From: an uncultured virus (IMG/VR IMGVR_UViG_3300037840_000255)
Lineage: Duplodnaviria > Heunggongvirae > Uroviricota > Caudoviricetes
IMG/VR virus record: IMGVR_UViG_3300037840_000255
Length of the DNA: 64,000 nt
Strand: one strand, 5' to 3'
Shown: piece after piece, positions 1 through 8,450 of the stretch
How positions within the stretch are numbered: the stretch's first letter is position 1
Layout: each line of letters starts with the position of its first letter
Translations under genes and position numbers: made by a program
The notes under the pieces: model-generated
What the model was told of the DNA's origin: nothing
Database searches by the model: none
What the model saw: only the letters and a program-made list of their open reading frames with translations

Positions 1-11
1 AAGCGGATGAA

Positions 12-57
12 AAAGTGGCGTTGCCCCCCCCCCCCCCCCCCATGAGCACGCCACTTT
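12..57. repeat. 10-bp inverted repeat enclosing a C18 homopolymer
   Basis: AAAGTGGCGT (12-21) and ACGCCACTTT (48-57) flank a run of C at 24-41. Confidence 0.85.
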
Positions 58-146
58 GGTTTTGGGCAGAGACAGCACAGCCGATTCGCGCTGTATGCTC
101 GGGAATGGCGCCATGGGATCAATGTCAAATTTTATAGGCACTGACG

Positions 147-335
147 ATGACTGAGGACATTGTGCAGCGACTCCGCGCTTCCCTTAGCTACGATACCCCG
201 GCGCGATACCCCGATCTGGTCACTGAGGCTGCCGACCAGATTGAAACACTGCGCAAGCTGCGTGCGTTTGACGCCCAGGAGATTGAGCGTCTATGCGCGC
301 TGCTCACGGATATGAAGTCACGGGCGCGCTTTTAA
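147..335 (+). CDS. small hypothetical phage protein
   Basis: 62 aa; 'DIVQRLR...EAADQIETLR' is typical of small phage coiled-coil proteins. Confidence 0.7.
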   Translation: MTEDIVQRLRASLSYDTPARYPDLVTEAADQIETLRKLRAFDAQEIERLCALLTDMKSRARF

Positions 336-344
336 GGAGTAACG

Positions 345-482
345 ATGACTTATTATGGGACGGGGCGAATGCCTACTAAGTCGAGCAATCGACCGCATGG
401 GAAACAAACCGGGCGACTTCGGTTGCCTCCCGCAGTGGCGTGCGGGCGTCCCGCCAGTAACGCCGAAGAAGTGAAACGATGA
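345..482 (+). CDS. small hypothetical protein (45 aa, not in the ORF track)
   Basis: AAGGAG RBS, ATG at 345, stop overlaps next ATG (ATGA); ends SNAEEVKR. Confidence 0.55.
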   Translation: MTYYGTGRMPTKSSNRPHGKQTGRLRLPPAVACGRPASNAEEVKR

Positions 483-679
483 CTAAGTCGGAAGAATTCA
501 GTTACGAGATTTGGTCGGGTGACAAGATGCTCGTCAGAATAACCGGCATTGGCAGAAAGAATACGCGCAGCTATGCGATCAATCATTATAATCGTTTTGT
601 GGCGCGCGGCTGGAAATCTCTCGAACTGCGTGGACCGCCGCGCAAGAAAAAGTCTAATGCCGAGGAAGTAAAACGATGA
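479..679 (+). CDS. small hypothetical protein
   Basis: ATGA-coupled at both ends; ends SNAEEVKR. Confidence 0.65.
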   Translation: MTKSEEFSYEIWSGDKMLVRITGIGRKNTRSYAINHYNRFVARGWKSLELRGPPRKKKSNAEEVKR

Positions 680-873
680 CTAAGCGCAGACCTGCAAAGA
701 TCGTCGAATGGGCGCCGACGCAAGCATTACGGCTTGGCGATGTTATATGGATCAAGCCTCGCGACCGCCGGCGCAAGGCGCAGCCGCACATTGTAACAGT
801 GACCTTTCCCCCGCTTCGCAAACTATCTAAAAAGCAGTTCGCTCAGATCAAAGCAGTATTGACGCCGAGATAA
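676..873 (+). CDS. small basic hypothetical protein
   Basis: ATGA-coupled 65-aa ORF. Confidence 0.6.
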   Translation: MTKRRPAKIVEWAPTQALRLGDVIWIKPRDRRRKAQPHIVTVTFPPLRKLSKKQFAQIKAVLTPR

Positions 874-886
874 TCGGAGACTTCAA

Positions 887-1090
887 ATGATGACTTGGCA
901 TAATCCAATTGTAACCACCGGACTGATCTTATCTGGAGGGATGTTTGTCACTCTATTCCTTCCGTACATTGACAAATTCATTGGATACAGCGACTGGATG
1001 ATGAATTTGGTAAGAGCCATCATTTTTCTTTATATGGGGACCGCCTTTCTGTGGTTTGTAATGTTGCCCATGGCAGCGTCCTTGCACTAA
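887..1090 (+). CDS. two-TM membrane protein
   Basis: GGAG RBS; two hydrophobic segments. Confidence 0.65.
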   Translation: MMTWHNPIVTTGLILSGGMFVTLFLPYIDKFIGYSDWMMNLVRAIIFLYMGTAFLWFVMLPMAASLH

Positions 1091-1137
1091 CAGGGAGAGG
1101 CTCGGGGTGCCGAGTCAATGACTCATGATCGAGGTTA

Positions 1138-1419
1138 ATGGCCAAATTTGGTGACGTCATGATCTGGACCTGCAGCAAATGTGGTTACACCAATTCGTGG
1201 ACGCTGCTGCGTTGTGGGGAATGTGGGTTACTTAGACCTAAGCCGAGCCGAGCCGTGCCGAGTCAACGCCTCATAATCGAGGTCAGGGGCCAGACTGCAT
1301 CGGTCGATCCCGGCAGCTTCGGCGCCATGCGGTGGCGGAGGAAGCTGACGAAGCTGACCATGAAGAAGGACATCTCCACGAACGCGCCGTTCAGCGGCGG
1401 CAATACCGCGTCGAAGTAG
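1138..1419 (+). CDS. RanBP2-type zinc-finger protein
   Basis: WTCSKCGYTNSWTLLRCGEC fits W-x-C-x2-C-x3-N-x6-C-x2-C; GAGG RBS; 3' half overlaps the convergent gene. Confidence 0.55.
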   Translation: MAKFGDVMIWTCSKCGYTNSWTLLRCGECGLLRPKPSRAVPSQRLIIEVRGQTASVDPGSFGAMRWRRKLTKLTMKKDISTNAPFSGGNTASK

Positions 1420-1622
1420 ATGTGGACGGCGTTCATCAGCAACGCGGCGGCGAGCAGGGTGTATAGCCCCCGTTGCACGAGCTGGAGAACGGCGATGTGG
1501 GAATCGAAGCCGGAACCGGCGGTCACGACCTGCATGAAGTAGATGACGATGAAGGCGCTGACGCCATTGGCCATGGCCATCACGTCTATGAAGAACATCT
1601 CATGCTGCATCCACAGGGTCAT
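1263..1622 (-). CDS. three-TM membrane protein (holin-like/lysis-associated)
   Basis: three hydrophobic helices; last gene of the minus arm. Confidence 0.65.
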   Translation of the reverse strand: MTLWMQHEMFFIDVMAMANGVSAFIVIYFMQVVTAGSGFDSHIAVLQLVQRGLYTLLAAALLMNAVHIYFDAVLPPLNGAFVEMSFFMVSFVSFLRHRMAPKLPGSTDAVWPLTSIMRR

Positions 1623-1968
1623 TTTTGCCTCCTGATAAGAATTTTTGCCTGACGTAGCTCCCGGCCGCCGTCAGCACCGCCATGCCGATGGAGCCTATCA
1701 CGAAGGTCCATGCGTTGCTGGGCTGTCGGCCGATCATGGCCATGGTGTTGGGGCCGAAATAGGTGCCGACCAGCGTGCCCACCACCACGGTGCTGACGAT
1801 GAGCCGCGGCGTCGCCCTGGTGAGAAGGAACGCGCCGCAGATGCTGCCTAGGAAAGCCGCCAGCACGTCGTTGGTTCCCGCACCGAGGGCCGCCAATAGT
1901 GTTTCCATGATCAGCACCGTTAGGGTCTTGCCGCCGCCACCATCTTCCAAAAGCATGGCCGCACCCAT
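1600..1968 (-). CDS. putative holin
   Basis: about three Gly-rich TM segments and a charged C-terminus. Confidence 0.55.
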   Translation of the reverse strand: MGAAMLLEDGGGGKTLTVLIMETLLAALGAGTNDVLAAFLGSICGAFLLTRATPRLIVSTVVVGTLVGTYFGPNTMAMIGRQPSNAWTFVIGSIGMAVLTAAGSYVRQKFLSGGKNDPVDAA

Positions 1969-1974
1969 TTCTCT

Positions 1975-2619
1975 CTATGTCGTCGCGGCGGCGTGAACCC
2001 CCTCGACGTAGTTGGTGATGTGGTGATCGAGAAAGATATCGCGCTGGAACGGCGCGTCGATCTCGGTCAATGGGACCTGCTGGTACGGGAATAGCGGCTG
2101 CAGCGCCATCGGCACCAGCGGCACCGGGTCGTGGCCGTAGCGGTAGGCGCAGTGAGGAATGGTCTTGATCCAGTTTGCGAACATGTCGCCGCCGACACGC
2201 GGCGGCGCGAAGGCGCCGATTTTGACCGGGGGGAAGCCGGCGACCGCCAGCATGGCGCCCAGTAGCAGCGCCATCGCGGCGCCGAGGCTGTGGCCGCATA
2301 TCGCGTAGGCCTCGCCATCTAATTTGGCCTGGATGCGATCCACCACGGCGTTGGCCGCGAGGTAGAAACCGGCGTGAATGAAGCCGAGCGCGGGATGGAT
2401 CATGCCGCCATGGTCGATGGTCCTGAGCGCGAAGAAGTCCAAAGCCCAACCCAGGGGGTCGTGGGTGCCCTCGATGGCGATGACGTGGAGACCGTCCTGA
2501 CGTTCGGTCCAGAACACCTGGATCGCGGAGCCGAGGTCGCTGATGAGCGGGATGGCCGCCGGGGAATAGGTCTGTGCGGCCATGTCTACTAGTTCAATAT
2601 CTGAGGGAGCATCGATCAT
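1975..2619 (-). CDS. class 3 lipase (alpha/beta hydrolase)
   Basis: GHSLGAA nucleophile elbow, IEGT, IHAGF, FAPPRVG, DPVPLVP, DHHITNY; start taken at ATGA overlap with upstream stop. Confidence 0.88.
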   Translation of the reverse strand: MIDAPSDIELVDMAAQTYSPAAIPLISDLGSAIQVFWTERQDGLHVIAIEGTHDPLGWALDFFALRTIDHGGMIHPALGFIHAGFYLAANAVVDRIQAKLDGEAYAICGHSLGAAMALLLGAMLAVAGFPPVKIGAFAPPRVGGDMFANWIKTIPHCAYRYGHDPVPLVPMALQPLFPYQQVPLTEIDAPFQRDIFLDHHITNYVEGVHAAATT

Positions 2620-3173
2620 GCCGCAACTGCTATGTTGAATTGCACATTGTACTCCGATATTAAGTGGCACCATTTAATAAATGTCTTTTGCTCATGATCC
2701 CATTTCATTTCCTGAACTACTTTATGCACCCATTGAACATTGCTGATTGTGTATCCATGGGCGCTATCGATTCTATCCAGCGACGCATTTTGAGAGGCAA
2801 AATTCTTTCGTCCTGGGCGCTGAAAATGTAGAGCAACACCGCTAATTGCGCACCGTCGATTCTGTTTAAGGAACAATTCCCATGCCTGTTCAATAGTTAA
2901 ATCGAACAACAATTTGCGATTCTCGGCATGTCTTAAAATATGAGTCCAATTCCGTTTCGGAATTTCCCCGAAGCCCCTCCAGCTTGTGCTGGCATTACCT
3001 CCGAAATGACGGTCTCTTTTACCACAGGACAACTTAAAACCTCGGCGCAAGTCCTTACCGCAGGCTAGAGCTTCATTGCCGCACTCACATGAACATAGCC
3101 ATTGCGCACCATCGCGTCTCAGAACTGTCAAAAATCCAAACTTTTGTCCCTCAAGAGCGATAAGCTTGCTCAT
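2616..3173 (-). CDS. HNH-type homing endonuclease
   Basis: GQKFGFLTV..WLCSCECG N-terminus; QNRRCAISG..SLDRIDSAHGYTISNVQWVH; AT-rich; AAGGAG RBS before MSKL. Confidence 0.85.
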   Translation of the reverse strand: MSKLIALEGQKFGFLTVLRRDGAQWLCSCECGNEALACGKDLRRGFKLSCGKRDRHFGGNASTSWRGFGEIPKRNWTHILRHAENRKLLFDLTIEQAWELFLKQNRRCAISGVALHFQRPGRKNFASQNASLDRIDSAHGYTISNVQWVHKVVQEMKWDHEQKTFIKWCHLISEYNVQFNIAVAA

Positions 3174-3193
3174 TAAATGCTCCTTAAACCAAC

Positions 3194-3224
3194 CCGCCAT
3201 CACCTTCCTGAGAGGTGATGGCGG
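3194..3224 (-). terminator. 12-bp hairpin downstream of the OMP gene
   Basis: CCGCCATCACCT-N7-AGGTGATGGCGG; U-tail is weak. Confidence 0.5.
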
Positions 3225-3275
3225 TAATTGTTGCGGCGTCGACCAACTCAACATCGGTCGGGATCGGAAGCATTT

Positions 3276-4085
3276 TCAGAACAGCGACGGCGCCAGAATA
3301 TGGACATACACGCCGTAGGTCGTGCCCATATTAACGCTGGTGTTGACGGCAAGAGGCGCACCGTTTGAGGCAAGAACATTGTTGAAGGTGACGCCCTTCG
3401 GCATCCACGCGACCTGGAAGCCGGAATCGAACGCCATGCCGTTCGGCTTCCCGCTGGCATTCAACAGCTGATAGAGCCAACCCGTGCGAGCACCGAAGGC
3501 GGCGGCCCAAGACGTGCCGTTTGCCGCGCCGACATTGCCGCCAAGACCCTGCTCGGTGACGAAGAGGCCCACGTATTGATGAGCCGTGGCGGCAACCGAG
3601 AGATTAGAGGGAATGGTCGGAGGCGGAAAGGCCGGGAACGGGTTTTTCCAGTTCAGCGCCGATAGGATATAGTTGACGATGTCGGCATTAACATCGACGC
3701 CCTGTTGCGCGGACCACCGCGACACAACCGTGGCATTGTTGCCAGACGTCGAGACTCCGGCCGTGATGTTCTGCCACGATCCGTCCGAATAGACTCGCGC
3801 CCAGTTCGCGAATCCAGCCAGCGTCGCGTTGCCCCAGATGTAGCCCACCTCGAAGTCAAGCGTGCCTCCGGCAGCATTCACGTTGCCGGTCGCGAGGTTA
3901 CTGGCAAAAAGATTGCCGTTAACGGTAGAGTCCGCGAGCTTTGCTGTCGAACCCAAACCCCAGTACAAACCGGAGCCGGTATAGGTTTGGAACGGACTCG
4001 GCGGTGCCTTGACCGGCATGTCCGCGGCGACTGCGGGTAGAGCCAGCGCGACGAGAGCGACGCCGGCGAGAAGGAATTTACGCAT
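3276..4085 (-). CDS. outer-membrane beta-barrel protein, rhizobial type
   Basis: signal peptide MRKFLLAGVALVALALPAVA then ADMPVKAPP; alternating aromatic strands; terminal Phe. Confidence 0.75.
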   Translation of the reverse strand: MRKFLLAGVALVALALPAVAADMPVKAPPSPFQTYTGSGLYWGLGSTAKLADSTVNGNLFASNLATGNVNAAGGTLDFEVGYIWGNATLAGFANWARVYSDGSWQNITAGVSTSGNNATVVSRWSAQQGVDVNADIVNYILSALNWKNPFPAFPPPTIPSNLSVAATAHQYVGLFVTEQGLGGNVGAANGTSWAAAFGARTGWLYQLLNASGKPNGMAFDSGFQVAWMPKGVTFNNVLASNGAPLAVNTSVNMGTTYGVYVHILAPSLF

Positions 4086-4168
4086 TGAGAAGTCTCCCCT
4101 GACGATGTGAATTCACGACGCCAATTTACCCTCAAAAGCCCTCAAAGACCGTGCCTTTTATGCCACAC

Positions 4169-4807
4169 TTAAAGCATCTTTGTGAATCGAAGCTCAGCGC
4201 TGAGACGCGGCTTCCTGCCCTGCCTCTGCTCGGTCCTGTGGAGCATGAAGTGATCGAACATCACGACATCTCCGACGTTGAGGGCCGGCACGAACCTCTC
4301 GCCCTCTATGCCGTCGACGAAGTCGTCGGACCTGTGCCGTACGGTTCTCAGATCATCGCGTTGGCGCATCGCCAGGTGGGAGCGGCTGACGAACTGGAGC
4401 GACGGGGCCTTGCCGACGCCCACCTTCTCCAGCGGCATCCAGAGTGTGACGCATTCGACGCCGAGGTCGAACGAGGTCGCCGCCTCCGCGTCGCAGTGCC
4501 AGCTCACCGAGTGGCCCGGCATCAGCAGGCGAAAGAACGACACGTCCATGTGCTGTTGCCAGTCGCCGCCGACGACGGAGCAGAACTTCTGGCTGACCAG
4601 AAGCACGGTTCGTGACAGTTGAGGGACGATGGGCAGCGCCATGTCGAACCGGACGCCGCCCCACTCCTCGTATATGGGACGCAAGCCGGCCACGGACCTC
4701 TCATTGGCGGCTATCTTGCCGTAGAGGCCATAGGCGATGCGCCTCAACTCCTCGGCCTCCGGCTTGAAGATGCCGCCGACCGCCCAGGCGCCGTGCTCGG
4801 CGATCAT
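4169..4807 (-). CDS. 2OG-Fe(II) dioxygenase, PhyH-like
   Basis: WHCD (HxD), TLWMPL, GDVVMFDHFMLHRT, distal R. Confidence 0.82.
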   Translation of the reverse strand: MIAEHGAWAVGGIFKPEAEELRRIAYGLYGKIAANERSVAGLRPIYEEWGGVRFDMALPIVPQLSRTVLLVSQKFCSVVGGDWQQHMDVSFFRLLMPGHSVSWHCDAEAATSFDLGVECVTLWMPLEKVGVGKAPSLQFVSRSHLAMRQRDDLRTVRHRSDDFVDGIEGERFVPALNVGDVVMFDHFMLHRTEQRQGRKPRLSAELRFTKML

Positions 4808-4811
4808 CGGA

Positions 4812-4958
4812 CTATTTTTGCTGGGCCTGGACCGTCGCCAGAATGTTCATGAAGTGTGGCACCAGCTTGAGCAAGTTAGTGACGCCGATGATCGCGACGA
4901 TGGCCTCGACGTCGGCGCTGTTCTTGGTGGCGATCTCGACAGCTATCTTGGGGTCCAT
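4812..4958 (-). CDS. 48-aa amphipathic peptide (not in the ORF track)
   Basis: MDPKIAVEIATKNSADVEAIVAIIGVTNLLKLVPHFMNILATVQAQQK fills the gap exactly, with phage-like codons. Confidence 0.65.
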   Translation of the reverse strand: MDPKIAVEIATKNSADVEAIVAIIGVTNLLKLVPHFMNILATVQAQQK

Positions 4959-4961
4959 GAG

Positions 4962-5747
4962 TCAAGCCTTCGCTGCTGGGGGATTGGAGCCGTTGAGGAC
5001 CGGCGGCGTCGGCACCGACGGATCGGCGACCGCCGTGGCGATCCTGGCCCTGATGGCCTCGACCGCCGCGCCGCTGTTCGGATCGAGCCCGAGCTGCTTG
5101 ATCGCGTCGGCGCCGTGGCTCTGGGCGTAGGCGATGGCCTGCTGCACGACGGTATCCTTGACCTCGACCTGGCCCTTGCCGGCGATGTCGTGGGTGACGT
5201 TGGCCGCGGCGTTGTTGAGGCCGTTGAGGATGATCTGCTGGAGCCGGTCCCTGGCCTCGTCGGTAATCTGGACGCCGGCCAGCTTGAACAGCCTTATGCC
5301 CCACGCGGCGAACACGGTGGCCAGGATGGAGCCGAAGGCGGTCGCGGCCCAGGTCAGGACCTGGCCGGCCAGGTCGCCGACGCTGATCGTCGTGGTGCTG
5401 GTCACCGGCCCGGTGGTGGCGATGGTGTTCTGGGTGGCAGGGGGTTCTGCCGGAGGTGTCGCCGCGGGGCCAGGAGGGGGCGACGGGGCGATGGCCGGGG
5501 GAGGGGGTATAGGGGCAGGGGAGGGGGCCGGAACCGCAGCCGGTGGGGCCGGGGCAGGCTCCGGGGGCTTGGCCAGCCACTGCCTCTGCTGGAAGGCGTT
5601 GAGCCGATCGATCTGGGCCTGGGTGGGGCATCCCTGACATATGGGCTGCTCCTCGGCTGGAGGCGGCACTCTCCTGACCGGCACCTGAGTCGCGAGGGCG
5701 GACTGGGCCAGGAAGACGAACGCAAGAGCCATGCCAAAGGACTTCAT
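4962..5747 (-). CDS. membrane protein with signal peptide, Pro-rich linker and holin-like C-terminal domain
   Basis: signal peptide, CxxC, poly-Pro/Ala stretch, TM helix, then helical domain reminiscent of LL-H-type holins. Confidence 0.6.
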   Translation of the reverse strand: MKSFGMALAFVFLAQSALATQVPVRRVPPPAEEQPICQGCPTQAQIDRLNAFQQRQWLAKPPEPAPAPPAAVPAPSPAPIPPPPAIAPSPPPGPAATPPAEPPATQNTIATTGPVTSTTTISVGDLAGQVLTWAATAFGSILATVFAAWGIRLFKLAGVQITDEARDRLQQIILNGLNNAAANVTHDIAGKGQVEVKDTVVQQAIAYAQSHGADAIKQLGLDPNSGAAVEAIRARIATAVADPSVPTPPVLNGSNPPAAKA

Positions 5748-7627
5748 GGGACGACCTCGACGATGAGGGGATGGGCCGCGATGGACGGGGAGATCGACGC
5801 GACGTCGGAGAACGTACTGATTGGCGCACTGCCGATAATCGGGTCGTAGAGGTTCACTTTAGTTGCAGTCTGGCCAAGACTGATCGTCAGCGGCGACGAC
5901 GGAGGCGCGATGGGTGCATGCGTCGCGTCGTTCCAGATCGGCGGCTCGTTCCAGACCATGATCTCAAAGGTGCCATTTGATTTTTGCAGCAAGAACGAGA
6001 AGCCGCCGCCAGCGCCGCTCGGCGGCAACCCGGTGATCGAGTAATTCAACTTGGTGGGGATGAAGGTCGAGGCGCTTGGCCCGGCATCGGCCAACACAGC
6101 CATCATGTTCTTGATCGCGGCGCCTGAAGCTTTGATCGTGGCCTGATCGCTCTGGTACAGGCCGTAGTTATCGTAGCAATTGTTGTCCCCGGTGTTGTTG
6201 TCAAACATCGTATAGACCGTCGTGTATGGCACGCCGGCGGAGAACATGTCGAAGTAGTCGTTGAGCAATAGAATCGCCTGCGTGGTTTGATCGACCAAGC
6301 CACTGGTGCCCGTCCCAGTACACCATCCAGTTTCCGTCACCACGGTCGGCAGTCCGGGAATCGGCTGATTGGCTGGATTGAGCGCAGCAGCCATGGACTG
6401 ACCGGCATACGCGGTGGGCTGCAGATAACCAGGGTTCGTGTAGAAGTGCAGGGTGTTGTAGTCAGCCGTGCCAGGAATGCTCGGCGGATTCGGCAACGCT
6501 CCAGGAACGTAGCCGGTATAATTCGCCACCTTGACGCCGGCCAGATTGCCGTCCGCGCGCGTCGCGTTGTAGATAGCGGCCTGCCAGCCGAGGCTCGACG
6601 CCGTGATGTTGACGTTCGTCGATGGCTGAACGCCCTGGGCCTGAAACTGAATGACGTCGCCGCTCTTGACCGTAGTGCCTGCGCTCAGATTCACCGACGT
6701 CGCGGTCGCCGAGACGATAGTGGTGTTCGTCGGGATGGCGGCGGGCGTCGTAACGTCGGTGACGGTGAAGCCTGTGCCGACACGGATCGTTCCAGGGTCC
6801 ACGTAGGTCGCGTTGGCAGCAGTGACGAGGTCCGACGGGACTGCAGTAAAGTTAACGACCGCGCCGCTGCTCCCGGTCGCCGTCGCAGAGTTGGCGTAAC
6901 AACCCGGAAAATTATTGGTCTCGTTTAGTCCCTCGTTCGCCAGCATCGCACCGGGATAAGTCGCGACGAACGTGTCCTCCATCGCGATGATGCCTGCGAT
7001 GGTCGCGGCGATGTTGGTGCAATTCGTAACCGGGAAGTTGCCAAACCCGTTGGCCATCAGGAAATCGAACCTGACGCCGTGCGCCGCCAAGTAGCCGTTG
7101 TTGTAGTTGATGTTGCTCTCTCCCGACTGTACGGTCACGGCCCGCACCAATGTGACGCCCATGTTGCTGAGTGCGGCATAGGCCGGGGCGTAGCCGACGG
7201 TGTTGGGGTAACCAACGCCGACGCCGTCGGTGAACGCCTTGGCCCGCTGCGCGAGAACGCCGCTGCTGGCGACGATGTCAATGATCTGAACTGCCTGAGC
7301 GAGACCGGCGCTATCCGTGACGGTGATCGTGAGAGCCGGCGAGACTTGAACTAGAGGCGTTAGAATGACGGCAGGATTACCGCTGGCATCGGCTCCGATT
7401 GTCGCGCGGAGACTAGCGGCGTCGCTCGATGTAACTGCGAAGACGTCATTGGAAGGATACGGCTCGCCCGCGCCGGCACTGTTCGTAGTCTTGATCGTGA
7501 TCGTCGCGACTTCATTGTTGGGCAGTTCAAAATGAGCGGCAGGAGCGGCCAGAACGACATTCGTGGCGTTCTGCGCTTGACTCGGCGCGGACCACAGCAA
7601 GACCAGAACGATGAGCCACGATCTCAC
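5744..7627 (-). CDS. secreted glycoside hydrolase (clan GH-A-like) with N-terminal Ig-like domain
   Basis: GTGA-coupled start; signal peptide ending SQA-Q; NEGLNETN and VTETGW catalytic-type motifs; NYGL; C-terminal beta domain (VWNEP). Confidence 0.72.
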   Translation of the reverse strand: MRSWLIVLVLLWSAPSQAQNATNVVLAAPAAHFELPNNEVATITIKTTNSAGAGEPYPSNDVFAVTSSDAASLRATIGADASGNPAVILTPLVQVSPALTITVTDSAGLAQAVQIIDIVASSGVLAQRAKAFTDGVGVGYPNTVGYAPAYAALSNMGVTLVRAVTVQSGESNINYNNGYLAAHGVRFDFLMANGFGNFPVTNCTNIAATIAGIIAMEDTFVATYPGAMLANEGLNETNNFPGCYANSATATGSSGAVVNFTAVPSDLVTAANATYVDPGTIRVGTGFTVTDVTTPAAIPTNTTIVSATATSVNLSAGTTVKSGDVIQFQAQGVQPSTNVNITASSLGWQAAIYNATRADGNLAGVKVANYTGYVPGALPNPPSIPGTADYNTLHFYTNPGYLQPTAYAGQSMAAALNPANQPIPGLPTVVTETGWCTGTGTSGLVDQTTQAILLLNDYFDMFSAGVPYTTVYTMFDNNTGDNNCYDNYGLYQSDQATIKASGAAIKNMMAVLADAGPSASTFIPTKLNYSITGLPPSGAGGGFSFLLQKSNGTFEIMVWNEPPIWNDATHAPIAPPSSPLTISLGQTATKVNLYDPIIGSAPISTFSDVASISPSIAAHPLIVEVVP

Positions 7628-8373
7628 GACGCCTTGCTCCAGGCCGCCAGTCCTTTCTCGAATAGGACGGCCTCGTGCTCGCGGCGGTTCTCCAGATCCT
7701 TCACCGTGGGCCACAGACGCTTCATCGACCTAATGTAGGCCGGGATGTCGGAGAACCTCTTCGCCGCCATGGCCGACTTGATCTCGCGCATCTCCAGGTC
7801 GCGCGACCCCGGATCGTCGTAGCCGCCGGTGCCACGATTATAGGATAGCGAGAAAAGCGCGCCCTGGCAGTCGCCGGGCAGCAGGTCGAAGTTGGGCAGC
7901 GCGGCGCGGCATCGATCCAGCCATTTCGGCACCTCGCGGGTCTTGAACTCCGCAATGGCCTGGTCCCAGGTGATGGTGATCTCGTTGCGATGAACGCCGA
8001 CGAACTCCTGGGCGGCCGAGCCGCGAAGGCCGACGGCGGGAATCATCCTCTCGATGGTCGCGGCGTCGACGATGCCGGTCCAATCGGCCCGCGCCTCTGC
8101 CGGAGTGACGTATCCAAAATCATAGCCGACCGCGACGGTCGGGCCGGAGACGCCGCCGGGCCAGCTCCAATGAATCTCGGTCTTGACGTAGTAGGCCTGG
8201 CTGCCGTCCTCCTCGTCGACGACGAAGGTGACGGCGTCGTCGGGAATGGACTTGCCGCCGGAGGCCATGGCCGGAGCCGCAACGGTTGGAGGAGCGACCG
8301 GAGCCGTCGCGACGGGCTTCGGGGCTGGCGGCGGCTTGAACAGATCGAATATGCTCTGCAGAAGATCGGCCAT
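7624..8373 (-). CDS. endolysin, lysozyme (GH24/pesticin-like)
   Basis: EEDG..WPGGVSGPTVAVGYDFG, ALFSLSYNRG, LENRREHEAVLF; GGAG RBS before MADL. Confidence 0.85.
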   Translation of the reverse strand: MADLLQSIFDLFKPPPAPKPVATAPVAPPTVAAPAMASGGKSIPDDAVTFVVDEEDGSQAYYVKTEIHWSWPGGVSGPTVAVGYDFGYVTPAEARADWTGIVDAATIERMIPAVGLRGSAAQEFVGVHRNEITITWDQAIAEFKTREVPKWLDRCRAALPNFDLLPGDCQGALFSLSYNRGTGGYDDPGSRDLEMREIKSAMAAKRFSDIPAYIRSMKRLWPTVKDLENRREHEAVLFEKGLAAWSKAS

Positions 8374-8450
8374 GACTTTCTCCGTTGAATTGGCGCGCCG
8401 CCGATTGACGATCTTTTCCCCAGCCCAGAGGGAGGTAACCGCGTTGAGGT

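Noticed and set aside
144..1283. CRISPR array or integron
   Set aside because: Repeats are few, imperfect and gene-spaced; no cas genes, integrase or attC-like palindromes
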